From the NCBI GenBank assembly GCA_051362555.1, contig CM120643.1, forward strand, positions 28,648,848 to 28,712,847: a DNA stretch of 64,000 nucleotides, read 5' to 3'. This DNA comes from Lingula anatina (taxonomy: Eukaryota; Animalia; Brachiopoda). This document shows, in pieces, positions 13,971-27,482 of this stretch (position 1 is its first letter; every line of letters begins with the position of its first letter). Under the pieces are notes generated by a model. That model made no database searches. It was not told where the DNA came from and worked only from the letters and a program-made list of their open reading frames with translations. Both the position numbers and the translations under genes were made by a program.

Positions 13971-14346
13971 AGAATGACGTGATTTTTTCTTCAGTCAGGG
14001 AATGAGGCTATCCAGGTGATTAGCCTCTACTCAGGAGATGTACTTGCCCCCCCCCCCCCCCCCCCCCCCCCCCATTGTCTTAGGAAAGGGAGGTGGGACA
14101 CAAAGGGAGGGACCACATGATACTTTATTTCCGGACTGTTCCTCATGCTGGCTTAATGCTGACTTGCTGTCTCTATTACTGGCCGATTTTAGGTGTTCAG
14201 CCATTCCTTCTGGCACTGATCTTCCCGTTTCGTTTATTCACCTGGATAGCCTCACTCCCTGAAGATGTCCTGATAGACATCGAAATATTGGAGGTAAAAC
14301 CTATCTCAAAATTAGCTGTTGACTGAAGAAAAAATCACATCATTCT
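13971..14346. mobile_element. MITE with TA target duplication
   Basis: TIR AGAATGACGTGATTTTTTCTTCAGTCA / TGACTGAAGAAAAAATCACATCATTCT, TA on both flanks. A second internal inverted pair CAGGGAATGAGGCTATCCAGGTGA / TCACCTGGATAGCCTCACTCCCTG and a poly-C run lie inside. Confidence 0.75.
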
Positions 14347-15188
14347 TATAACTTAACACAGCTGATGAAATTCTCCTCTGAATTATTAGGACTATTCTTA
14401 ATATTATTTTGTGACACTTAACGATATTTTACCATTAATTGCCAACTTAATATTTTTTTATAAACCAACCACGATTCACTGTGGAAGTAACCAAATGCTG
14501 CTGGCTGACTTTGATGTTTACAATTAAGCTACACAAACCGCTGAAATGTACTGGTAGTTATAACGTATGTGACTGACATGAGGTGGTTAAATATATTATA
14601 ATATTTACCGTTGAAACTTTTACATTAGGAAACAGTAAAACAAATCAATTATTGAGTTTGTATGGAAGTAAGTTTTTGGAGCATTTTGTGAATTCAAGTT
14701 CGTGCATCTGGGTCGATCCGTTCATACAAACTTGAGCTCAAGACAGGCTGTTACATGTCAAGATATGTTAGAAAAACCCGACTTATTTCGAATACTGAAT
14801 CCTTTTTCATAGACTAAGATTTATCGAAGTGTCAATTTTAACTTGAATCATCTGAGATAGCTAAAATTTTCGCGGCTTTGCGTAAAATCACGGGAATTAG
14901 GGGGTGAGAATGGAATGAGAAATACTGACAGAATACCAACTGCTATGCGGCAACGAACTGTCAGTTCCAAATACCAGCATCTCAGCACGCAAACTTTCCA
15001 AGATACATTGTAAGATAGACTCAAATAAGAAGAGGCATGAACGCACAGACCAGCGGACAGAGGAACCCACCTGTAGACCCCCCACAGTGATTCCAGTACA
15101 ACTCCATTACATGCCTCACTGGGGGATAAGAAACTCAGAATGTCCAATAAACACTTTCATAACATTTGAATATGCTTGAAAAATATAC

Positions 15189-15194
15189 TTTATT
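15189..15194 (-). terminator. Candidate polyadenylation signal of the SOWAH gene
   Basis: AATAAA on the minus strand about 1.3 kb after the stop, followed by GT-rich sequence. Not unique in AT-rich DNA. Confidence 0.3.
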
Positions 15195-16120
15195 TCATAT
15201 TATACAGCTTTGTTAAAAAACTTCAAGAAATGGGATGGGTGCAATAAATTTTTCCTGTATAATTGTTACACAACTCCAAGCAAAAGATATATAATATCTA
15301 AGCAATACAGGTATACAGCCGATACTACTTATCCATAGTTGTATGCGTATAATATGCTTTAGTTCCAGATCACTCTCAACATATGAGAACGACAGAAATA
15401 CAGTTTTAACACAGATTATGGTAATTACTATAAATTATCATACACCTCCCCTTGTCTCATGTTTGATTTTTTCAATATTTTATGTTAAAATACCCACAAA
15501 AATATTTTCAAACATGAAGCCAAGAACAAATTTTTCTTTCACAGTGGTGTCATGTAATAACTCAAAGAACTCCAATACATCGTCAAACTCAAGTCCCTGG
15601 TGACAGAAATGGTTCTCATACTGTTTCATGTGAGTACCCTAGCCTACATGTAGAGCGTGCAAAGATAAAGGCTGCAGGTGCCATTACATTAAGGTACTTA
15701 CTCAAACAGCCCTTCAGCCAGATCTACAAAATATTGTCTTTATTTTTAGACCAAAGGTTCTGGTCTATTTCAATGCATGGTGAATTCAGAGTGAAAGATA
15801 TATGCTATAAATATGGTGTAAAAGGTACCAAAAAAATGCCAATCAGGTCACCATGAAGATGCCTCAATGTGAAGATGTTACAAAAGCTACCTTGAATATG
15901 TCATATGGTGAACAATGACATTGCCGTACCATGACGATTTTGAACAAGATACCATAAAGATGCCATGCCATACTGATGCTGTACAAAGTGCCATGAATAT
16001 GCCATAGCATGACAATGCCATGCCATGATTCTGCACCAAGCATCATGAAGGCATTGCACTAACATGTCAGTAACAAAGAAAAGATAGCATAACATGTAAG
16101 TTCTGATAATTTGCCTCCTA

Positions 16121-16563
16121 GCTCTTCATGGCTGCTGTCACACTAAAGTACCTGCTAGTCCTGATAGATAAATCCATATGAGAACATAAGTGAAGAACTG
16201 CTCTTCATGGCTCTTGTCACACTAAAATATCAGCTAGTCCTGATAGATATATCCATATAAGAACACAAGTGAAGAACTGCTCTTCATGGCTGCTGTCACA
16301 CTAAAGTGCCTGCTAGTCCTAATAGATATATCCATATAAGAACACAAGTGAAGAACTGCTCTTCATGGCTGCTGTCACACTAAAGTGCCTGCTAGTCCTA
16401 ATAGATATATCCATATAAGAACACAAGTGAAGAACTGCTCTTCATGGCTGCTGTCACACTAAAGTGCCTGCTAGTCCTAATAGATATATCCATATAAGAA
16501 CACAAGTGAAGAACTGCTCTTCATGGCTGCTGTCACACTAAAGTCCCTGCTAGTCCTGATAGA
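16121..16563. repeat. 79-bp tandem array, about 5.6 copies, overlapping the SOWAH stop codon
   Basis: GAACACAAGTGAAGAACTGCTCTTCATGGCTGCTGTCACACTAAAG recurs at a 79-bp period (16261, 16340, ...). Confidence 0.95.
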
Positions 16564-16608
16564 CCTGATGGTTCTGATACTGGTCTTGGCATGTCAGATG
16601 GTTCCTCT
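16533..16608 (-). CDS. SOWAH: SOWAH terminal coding exon (EEPSDMPRPVSEPSGLSGLAGTLV*)
   Basis: Acceptor gtatttcag; phase 2 matches exon 19270-19409. Confidence 0.7.
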
Positions 16609-16747
16609 CTGAAATACATGAACAATAAGTTTATCATGACATTTGCACACTTTTGTTTTTACTGTACAAGTCAATAAACATGATATCTTGTCTTATCATG
16701 AAGACAATTATGAAAGAGCATATAGTGTGTTATCTTTCAAAACTGTA

Positions 16748-16792
<45 letters not shown>

Positions 16793-19700
16793 ATATATAG
16801 CCTGTAACCTTCATGTTAGCCATTTAAAAATGTGCCCGCGTGCATGCATGCCTGCAGGCTGCATGTGTGTCTGTGTGTGTATTCGGAGACATAACCATAT
16901 GCATACTACACTATCTTCCATCAGTAAAAACTCCACATATAACAACATTCCCACAGGCCCTCAACATATCTTATACACTAAAACTTACAGCACGCTACGA
17001 CATTATCACTGGCCCAAAGCTAACTACCAGTTAAAATCAGAGCTGGACCAGGGGATTTTCTATAAATTTGTTGATTTGGACATGCTGACCCTTAGACTCT
17101 GGTGTCCAGAAGGACAGGCAGTCTTACATGTATAGTATGTAACATATCCCTTTAAAGCACAGCTTTATCATTTCATTTACTCGACTCATAATGTGATGCA
17201 TTACCCAAAAGTTTTATTTAAAGCACATCACATGGGGGGATGGTCACATAGGGAAGACCCCTTTCCAACACAAAAGACCCCTCATTGCCCCTCGGAATAT
17301 AAAACAACCAGTTAACAATTGCTTGGTGATCTAGTTTAAAACACATCTGTCATAAAAGGATCAAATAAGGGCATTGAATCCCGAACCTGGTGCATCAAGC
17401 TAAACAGAAGAAAGATCATACCGTCTGAAGCAATCTGTTTATCCATCTTTGCAACATAAATCTTAACATTTTGTGGCATAAAATAAAGCCAGGTGATCCA
17501 CGTGTAGCATTTTCAGGAGAAAAGAAATTTTTAATAGAAGAGTTTTCAAATTATCAGGACCACTGACAACACGGAACTAGTGAACAAATTCATTTAAACA
17601 TCGGACAAATGAATGTTGTATGAAATACAGTCTTTAACATGAAACTATAACTACCATTCAAAGTAACAAAAATATATTTAAGTGTTAGTACATATCTAAA
17701 CAAAAGAGCTGTGTAAAGCCTATTGTAAGTACCATAACAACGAAGAATCAACAGCTTGTGACATCACAGGTACAGTTTACCTCTCCCTCCACAAAAATAA
17801 ATTTAAAAAAACTACAGAAATCAAACCCAAAGCTCTCTTCCATCTTACCATGTTAAAGCTGTCAGGAAATTAGGGGCTGTCACTTGAAAAATAAACCATC
17901 ATCAAACATCATGTTAGACAATCATTAGTTTATGTTGGACTCATTACCCTTGTCTCATGTGGAAAATATAAAGAGAATTTAAATTAGTGCATCAATATTA
18001 TAACTGTTACATTTTTTCCTATCAATATTCTTCATTAATAACAGGAAAATAAAGCTAATTCTTCCAATACACCACAAACACCCAATTCAAGAAAATGGCA
18101 ATACCAGTATATGTTGAAAGAAAAAACAGTATTCCATTATAATTCATAATTCAAAGGTATATTAATAGATGCCCCATTTAACATCTGCAGTTATAATAAA
18201 CCTCATATGTCACTGCATCATGTCACCTCCAAAGGAATGGAGGCTTTGGGTGCCGCACAGTTGCCTCCACCTTGTGATTTTTAGCCACTGTTGGAAGAAA
18301 CTAATTCAGTTAAAATTTGAGCACCAATTATAACCCAGCTTATGAAATTCCTTGCTGAATTCATAACATGTTTTGGTCATGTACCTAGCTATAAGTGCCA
18401 ATTCCAAGAGAAAAGTATAATACCATTATAAATACACGTCAGGATATAGGTATTATATTGTCAAATAGAGGTCGCCATTGTCTGGTACTGTACTTGTCTC
18501 TCAAGTTAGTAACTTTTCCTTTATACCTCTTTGAGAATATGAAAATACCATGTATTTTAACTATTTTATCCAACTTTTAATTAAAATAGACGCTATTGTC
18601 ATCATAAATCAAAGTAATCTTATTAAACATTAGTCTAAGTCAATCATATAAAATAAACATGACCACCTACCGGGTACCAATTTTACAACTTCTTACAGTT
18701 TAATGATGTTTTCATCTACTAGTAATTTGATTTTTACAAGAAGTAATTTATTTTTATAAGATACTTATATAGATGACTGGTTTTCTTGAAAATTTACTGT
18801 GTATACAGCACAGAGTCTGTCTTCTTTTAACATGGAGCAGCACATGAACTGGACCCGTCGACTTTGAGAGGTACTCACTTGCAATAACACTACGTACAGA
18901 AAGCCTCTGAAACTTGATCACATCTTTTTAAACTTAGAACTCCTATATCAAGAATCCACCCACACCCCACCCACATTGCCTTCAAACTTGCTGGTACTGT
19001 CCCTAAAAGAAATATCTCTACCTGTAATTGGTTTCAAAGCTGTGCAAGTTCCTGGATTGTTGTAATCACAGAAGGCAAATCAAGACCCCCCCCCCCACGC
19101 CCACCATACACACATAACGCCTTCAAAACTTACTGGCACTTTCCATAAAAGAATCACCTCTACCCCCTACCCAGATGCCTACTAAATTTGACAGCATATC
19201 CTGTATTCAGACCCCTCCCTCCCCCATCCTCCAGATACCTAAAAGACCAGAAGTGATTCCTCTACTTACAGTTCATTTATATCACAGTCGCTCTCTATCC
19301 TCCGTATTTGTTTCTTTCTCCTGACAGGTGCTTTGGGAGGCGGCATCATCTCGCTGTCACTAGAGTCCTTGGTGACTGTGATAGCTGGAGGTGTGACCTC
19401 TCTCCCTATCTGGAAGGTTCATTTTAAAATCATATTAACACTGTTGAACTAGATATTAAGGAAGGGGCAGTAGACAGGTAAAATCATACCAGACACTTCA
19501 ATTTGGTTTTGCAGATAGCATAAAATGTAAGTGTAGTAATGTATAAAATAGTTCATGCTTTCTAGTATTTCAATTGTTTATTATCTGAAGCATATATTTG
19601 TCACTTTTATTTTTTTTATTTGTAAAAAGAAAGAAAAAAGAAGCACATTATGGTGTTAATAGTATCAGCGGTGCAACAGAAGTGAAAATTGCTGAGGTAA

Positions 19701-22700
19701 TAACAGTTAGCTACAGACTTAGTTAAGTGTATCTCACAAGAGATTTTTGTACCAAATCATAATTTCCCTGAGGAAAAAAGCAATCTTTTTCTACTTATGA
19801 ATTATTGCTTGACCTGCCTTTGTACCTGGATGCAATGTTTTGCACCATTTCTAATTAAATATTTTAGTTCTGAAAAAAAAATTATTATAAAAGCAAAGTA
19901 GCTGTCAGTTAAATTCTTAGCAGACTTCAGAAATAAACAGTATGTAAAACAGGCAGTCAGGGTATCTAAGAAAAACAACATACTGATCCAGATCTTTCCT
20001 GCCTCATGTTAGCCAGAATACTTCCAAATGAGCCTGCCCTGTCCCTGGGGGAGGGGGGTGGGGTACCCCTGGGGGACTGGCGGTTCTCCTTCTCGTTCAC
20101 GTTCTCCTGGGACGATGTCCACGAGGTGCGTGAACTCGTGGGGCGCATGATGAAGTTACTGATTGCATTGGTGGTCTTTTTGACACGGGCACTGAATGAA
20201 CCCGTCCTTGCGAACACGTCTGAAATGGGAAATTTAGTAGTGTTAGTTGTGGTTACTCACAGCTGGAGGAACAAAGCTGAGCTAAATTTATAGCCCCTCC
20301 TCCCAAGTCATTTTTAGTTTCAAAATTATATTTTAAATCCCGTTCTTGAAAGCAATCACTTTTAGTTTCATTCACAGTATGAGCACATGGAAATTAAAAT
20401 ATAACTTCTCATTTTTGATGATTCTTAAGGACCCCTATAGCTAGACAGGGGTGGAAGGAAGCCGCCTTTTGAGAAATATCTTCGGATTCATCCCTACTAA
20501 ACAAATGAATGAGAGAAACATCTAGATATTTCAGGTATGGCTTTGCATTAATTGTCATTTTGCAGTAGTTACAATCCAGATAAAAGTCCATTAAGATAAT
20601 TTCATAGTAATAATTTAGAATTTCTCTTATTTAGTAAGTGCTCATTTTTAATATTTACCAATCATGCAAATAAAATAAGAACATAACATTTTATAAAATA
20701 AGGATACTCCTTTCTCCTATTACAAATTTATGCAAAAATTTCCTCATAAATTAGCATTGACAGCTTCACAATTAGTAATAAATGCAAAAGCCAATTAACA
20801 AGTGTCAAGAACACTGCTAAACTAATACTATAATTTTATGCATTGGCATCATGCATATATGCAGCAGATTATATGTGGGATGTGTTGTGTAGCCCCCATA
20901 GCAAAATATCTCACTCTCTGTGTTACACTTGTGTAGCCCCCATAGCAAAATATCTCACTCTCTGTGTTACACTTGTGTAGCCCCCATAGCAAAATATATC
21001 ACTCCCTGTGATAGTCTTGTGTGGCCCCCAATCTTACCGGTATTGACTGTATTGCTACTGGTGAGGATTGAACTAGGACGACGGGTTTGTAATAGTTCTG
21101 AAATAGAACAACATGCAGAGGTGCAAGCAAACTACGTACACCAGGTGGCACTGTGAAAGCCAACTCAAACAACATCAAGACAGTCTCACTCACAGACAAG
21201 CCATCAACAACTTTAGCCACTGGTCTTAGGTAATTGGCTAAATTTTATGTCAGACACCAAGTGAAATATTTTTAGTTTTGTTTTTTCTTCTCAAAGTTAC
21301 TTGTACAGGCAAACAACCCAAAATTTTAGTAGTTGTTTTAGATTAATTTCTCTTAGTTATAAATTTCATCTTTAGATAGCAAACTATGACTCAGAGTAAT
21401 TGACTTAAGTCATTTTTTCAATCTAAAGTCTCAAGGACCAGTGGGCCAAGGTTAAGACTGTCAAACAATTCAAACAACATGAAAAACACTAGTGAATCAC
21501 ATCATATAGCAGAATTAAAATACCATACACACTGCACAAATTCTGGTCTTTTATTTACTTCCTTAGAAATTGTCCCAAAATTTTTTGGTCAGGGTGTGTA
21601 TGCATGCGTGCGTGTGTTTGTTTGTATGTTTGTTCACCAGTATAAAAGTGACCAAATGTGTTCTTCATAGTGGGAATGATTTTCTTATTTCAATAAGAAC
21701 TATTCATTCCAATCATGGAAGACCAGCTTTTTCTACCATGTTCACAAACATAACCAATACACACTCCAACAAACAACACACATAAAACACTAAAAAATAT
21801 ACACAAGGTTCAAATCACCATAAAAATAGCCATGCACAATATGCAAGTGAATACATGTTACTAATATCATTTATATGAATTTCTATTAATATCAGTTATA
21901 TTAATTTTAAATTAGTAGTTTTTCATTACAACATGCACATTGTTATCTGATACAAAATGAAGATAGACAACATGGCAAATACAATTTAAAAAATTAACAC
22001 ATAATAAATAAAAAAATAAATAGACAAATAAATAAGCAAAATTATTTTACAAAAGAGGTTTCAAAGTGAAAGTGAAACTAAAAACATGAAACAGCAAGAT
22101 GTGCACAAAAGTGAAAGAAATGTGCTGTTTGGATTGAGAAGAAAATCTGTGTGCCATCAGTATTATCTGTGTATCAAGATCAACATTATACAACCTCCAT
22201 ACCATCACCCCAACACCATGTTAAACATATTAAAACCATATTAAACATGCATACGATTACCTGGCCCAAAAAGACTATTTATACATATTCTGGATACTAT
22301 TCACCTTAGTTTGTCCAATAATATTCAGCCAGCTCTGGATATACCATGTTAAAGTTAAGAATGGTGTCAAGATATATAATAAATTTTTCGTTATAAAGTA
22401 GGAATTAAAAGAGTTAAATTTGTTGACAATCATGGGTATTCAAATAGCACCAGTTTTACAAAGGTTTTAATTTTTTTTTAAATTTAATTGTTGAACTTAT
22501 TGCAATAGAAATCAAGAAGTTCAAGGAACATATTCTAACTCACAGTATAAAAACTGATAAAATTTGGTATCAAACTAACTAGAATTAGAAACCAAATCAT
22601 CTAAAATTGTTCCTCTCTTTTCAAAGCATTGGTTAATGTTTAGAACAAATGAGAAAACTTTCATCTGATTCATTTACGTAAATCTGATAATCTACCAATC

Positions 22701-25700
22701 AAAATAGGATTTTAAATACTGACACAACATACAGGACTATGGTTACCTCAAAAATAAGTGATCTTTTTTTCTTTTTCAGACAGATTTATTTACAACCAGC
22801 ACCTGTACATCAGGGAATTCACGTTGATTTTTAGAAAAATAATACCAATTACAATCCTAGAAATATACAAAAGCTTATCAAAATTTGAATGAGTTTGTCA
22901 TTCCTGGGGGCAAACAGGGGCATTTTCTTAACACAGTCTCAGTCTTTGCCAGTGTGATTGAACTGCTGAGCATGTCTTTCAATATTAGTTCCATTGTTAG
23001 TGCCCGATCACCAAGTCTCTGAATTAATTAATGAGTTCGCAGCACCACTGTAGTTGTTCAGAAAGTATATACATCAGATTTTGGTTAAGTATTTAACAAA
23101 AGATATAATTAGTAAATAATATAAACCTAAGTATGAAGTTAAAAAATAAACAATGTTAGGAATACCAACATAAACAAAAGAGAGCTTTTCTGATATGTGT
23201 GAATACAAACAATTTTCTAGCTAACTTATATATTGTTTTTTCATTAATAAATGAAACAAAATGAAACAGAACAAAACAGGAGAATACAAAATTTCACAAT
23301 AACATTAAAATGTTGCAGATACATCTTAAATAATTATAATTCCTAAAGGGTAATAAACAACCACAAGTTTTTGTAAGGACTCTATTAATCTTACTACACA
23401 ATGCAGAATCTAATCTATGACACCTACAAGTTGATACATGCCTAAAACAGATCTGTTTAGATAGACTGTCCTCTATGCTGAATACCATATTTGTATTTGC
23501 TAATTTTTATAAAATTAGCTATTTCAGGAGATACTACTATAATAGTTTATAACACCACTGTCAGGGTGACAGTTTCAAATTGGATATTTTCATTAAACCA
23601 TTTTCCCTTGCAATTCAATTTGAAAGTCAAAATATGTTTTTTCTAAAGCTTTAGCTCAGCCTTTACATCCAAACTATGTAAAACAGCCCATTAATGGCAT
23701 TTATGAAAAACTGTCCATATTTGGTATTCATGTAAAAAAGCCCAAATATGGTTTTTATATAAAACTACCCAAATATGGTATTCATGTAAATTTGTTAATA
23801 ATAAAAATAAAGCTACTAACAGTAGAGAGGCATTTTAATCTCTACTGACTCTAGAGCTAAGGGGGATATATCAAGCATTGGAAGTCATGCTCTGAGCCAA
23901 ATGTTCAGGGTCAACTACTGTCACATTTAGAGCTAAATTTTTCTGCGACCCTGCGTCCTGACCGCTACGGAAGTCAAAGACAGATATAGGCGTCCCTGGC
24001 GTGCAGGGTACAGAAGGAGATGGCGGCACAGTGAACTGATGGGACCGTTTAGGCCAGGTGGAAATTGAAAGTGAGGCAGTGAGAGAGTCGGAGTTCTTAC
24101 GCTGGGTTTTGGAGGAGGCGGAGTTCTTCAGGTACTGCTTTGGCTTCTTCCCGCTGTAGTCTCGTATGTTGGGGTCAGCACCTGATGGGAAGAATCAAAT
24201 ATATTAAAATACTGCTGTGATAATTTAATACAAAACTTGAAAATAATAAATTACAACTCAATGACATGTATGTTTTTTGTTTTTCTTCATTAGCTGTGTG
24301 TTTATTTACTTTTTTAAAATATCTTATTTGCCAGCAATTGGAAAGGAAAAGAAGATTATGTCAGCTACTTGTGTTAACTCTTTACAAATGAATCTGCCAC
24401 TGTTGAATATACTGTATTGTTTATACCTTGTATTTAAGGTATAAACTAAACTTAGGATCTTATTAGCTCATGCAGAATATATATTTTTACTTTATCTGAC
24501 AGCAATTCTGTTGGTATTTGTACACATGAAACAACTTATTACTTGTTGTCACTTACAACAATTAAAAAATTATGTACCACTTATCATACCACTGTACTAA
24601 CAGCTCCAGTTCCACCTACCATGACACTGTACTAACAGCTCCAGTTCCACCTACCATGACACTGTACTAACAGTTCCAGTTCTACCTACCATGACACTGT
24701 ACTAACAGTTCCAGTTCTGCCTACCATGACACTGTACTAACAGCTCCAGATCCACCCACCATGACTCTGTACTAACAGTTCCAGTTCTGCCTACCATGAC
24801 ACTGTACTGACAGTTCCAGTTCTGCCTTCCATGACACTGTACTGACAGTTCCAGTTCTACCTACCATAACACTGTACTAACAGTTCCAGTTCTACCTACC
24901 ATGACACTGTACTAACAGTTCCAGTTCTACCTACCATGACACTGTACTAACAGTTCCAACCTACCATTACACTGTACTAACAAATCCAAACTACCATTAC
25001 ACTGTACTAACAGTTCCAGTTCTACCTACCATGCCACTGTACTAACAGTTCCAGTTCTACCTACCATGACACTGTACTAACAGTTCCAGTTCTGCCTACC
25101 ATGACACTGTACTAACAGTTCCAACCTACCATTACACTGTACTAACAGTTCCAGTTCTACCTACAATTACACTGTACTAACAGTTCCAGTTCTACCTACC
25201 ATGACACTGTACTTAAAGTTCCAGTTCTGCCTACCATGACACTGTACTTAAAGTTCCAGTTCTGCCTACCATAACACTGTACTAACAGTTCCAGTTCTGC
25301 CTACCATAACACTGTACTAACAGTTCCAGTTCTACCTACCATAACACTATACTAACAGTTCCAGTTCTACCTACCATGACACTGTTCTAACAGTTCCAGT
25401 TCTACCTACCATAACACTGTACTGACAGTTCCAGTTCTACCTACCATAACACTGTACTAACAGTTCCACTATGGCTTCATGTCCATGTAGTGCTGCTAGA
25501 TGGAGAGGTGTGTAACCCTGAAAGGACCAAAAAATTAAGTTATTTAAAAAGCATTTCTAAGCTCACACTGAGATGATATACTTTGGCTAAAGCAAAATAA
25601 AACTACTTTCCCTTTTTTTTTGGTCTCTTAAAGATATAATTATGGTCTTTTAATGTACCATAATTATATCTTTAAGAGGATTATCAAAATATTAAGCAGT

Positions 25701-27449
25701 CCAGTAAAATGATGAAACAAGCCACTGTATTTATTACAAATTTTATGGTAGCTACTTACCCCCTATTGTGTCAATAAAAATCAGCAACATGAAAGAGAAG
25801 GAAGTGCTTCATTAATTTAGTAATGTGTGTGTGTGTGTGTGTGCGTGTGCGTGTGTACTTATGGCATACAACAAGTCTAACTGCAAAGTCAGCTTTAATA
25901 ATAAACTTGTATAAAACATCATTCCTTATAATCAACATATCTCAGAAAAATGATGTTTTTTTAAACTCATGAAGCCTACTATGCACAACTCTTGGATGAA
26001 ACATGTTATCATTTTGTTTAGTTAGAAGTATTAAGCAATATGATATGAGAGTAACTTAAGGAAATATTTTAACAAGATTTGTTTTTAAAAAATGTTCTAC
26101 TTACGTGCTGCATGTTTCATAAAAAAGAACAAATAAAGAGTCATCATGAAATATGTCCATAACAGGTATATGAAATGACTTCTCTGTTGGTAATTTACCA
26201 TTACAAATGCATCAAATACAGAGAAGAATTTTGTCAGCTGTGTTATGTTATAAGAATAAAGTAATTTGTTTCAACCAACAGCTAATATTGGCAGCTAATA
26301 GTACCTGCAATATTTCAAACACAGTATTTATGGAATTTAAAGTCAAGCTATATTGCTTCTAAGAATAATTATCCAAATAATATTATACACTTTTTGCTAA
26401 TGTTTGCCCCAGTTGTTTTAGCTATCATCATCCAGACATGTAAATGGGTAAACAAATTATAGATCAACAATTTCTACTCCTTTTGGGCATGTGCGCACGC
26501 ACACACACACACACATACACACACACATACACACACACACATACTACTTACTGATCTTTGGTTCACATTCACTCCAGGTGTTCCCGCAATCATCTTCACA
26601 GTGTCTGAGCTGCCATGTTTTGCTGCCCAATGTAAAGCAGTCTGGAACAATAAGAAATATAAAATTGGACACCATATATATTGGCAGATGTGAGATTGAA
26701 ATCACTAACATATTGGGGATGATCTAACTTTTGCAAATCTTCAAAGGATATAAATCATTTGGGGAATTCTAGATAAGTTAATCATACTGAAATTGATACA
26801 CATCTTTTCACTTCTCCTTTTTAATCCCCCTCCCCCCCCCCCCCCCCCCCCCCCCGGATCCCTCTCAAATTATGATGCCCATATAACATGGTTCACCACA
26901 AATGTAAATATTTCAACAAGAAAAACTCTGAACAAGAAGAAAATTCTTACCATCTAATTTCAGATAATTGTGCGAGAGATGACAGGAATGCAATGAAAAG
27001 TAGAGGTGAAACATTCACATTAGAACAGACTCAACAGACAACAAATATCTAATGATTTAAAGGTCCAAGACCATATACTATGTTTACATGTTAAAATTTT
27101 AACAAGTAAAAGATCATGTGTCTTAATTTTACACATTCACTTATTAATTTTTTTTTTTTTTTGCATTTCTAAACCATAATCATTCAAATATAAAACAAAC
27201 AAAAGCCTTTCTTGCACAAGAACATTTAGTATATTATCAAATTTAACAAATTAAACATCAACGCTATTATATTCATGAAAAATATGTTGCTATATAGTTA
27301 TAGTTATGTGATAAGAATATCCACTTAAAATCATAAATATTTGAGATTTGTGGCAGGGACACTTACCCCCTATTATGACATCCATGACAATGTTCAGGAG
27401 AGAGTAAGTAATAACAAAAACTAAATTAGTCACATTATAAAACAGTAAA

Positions 27450-27482
<33 letters not shown>

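Noticed and set aside
14031-14326. Poly-Pro and poly-Gly ORFs
   Set aside because: Artefacts of a poly-C run in a MITE. ORFs at 26491, 28319, 28324 and 31444 similarly translate microsatellites.
22880-23050. Moderately GC-rich stretch on minus resembling an extra SOWAH exon
   Set aside because: Available acceptors give stops in the phase required after exon 24101.
24591-25468. CRISPR-like appearance of the 35-bp array
   Set aside because: Units are head-to-tail with no unique spacers, there are no cas genes, and the context is a eukaryotic intron.
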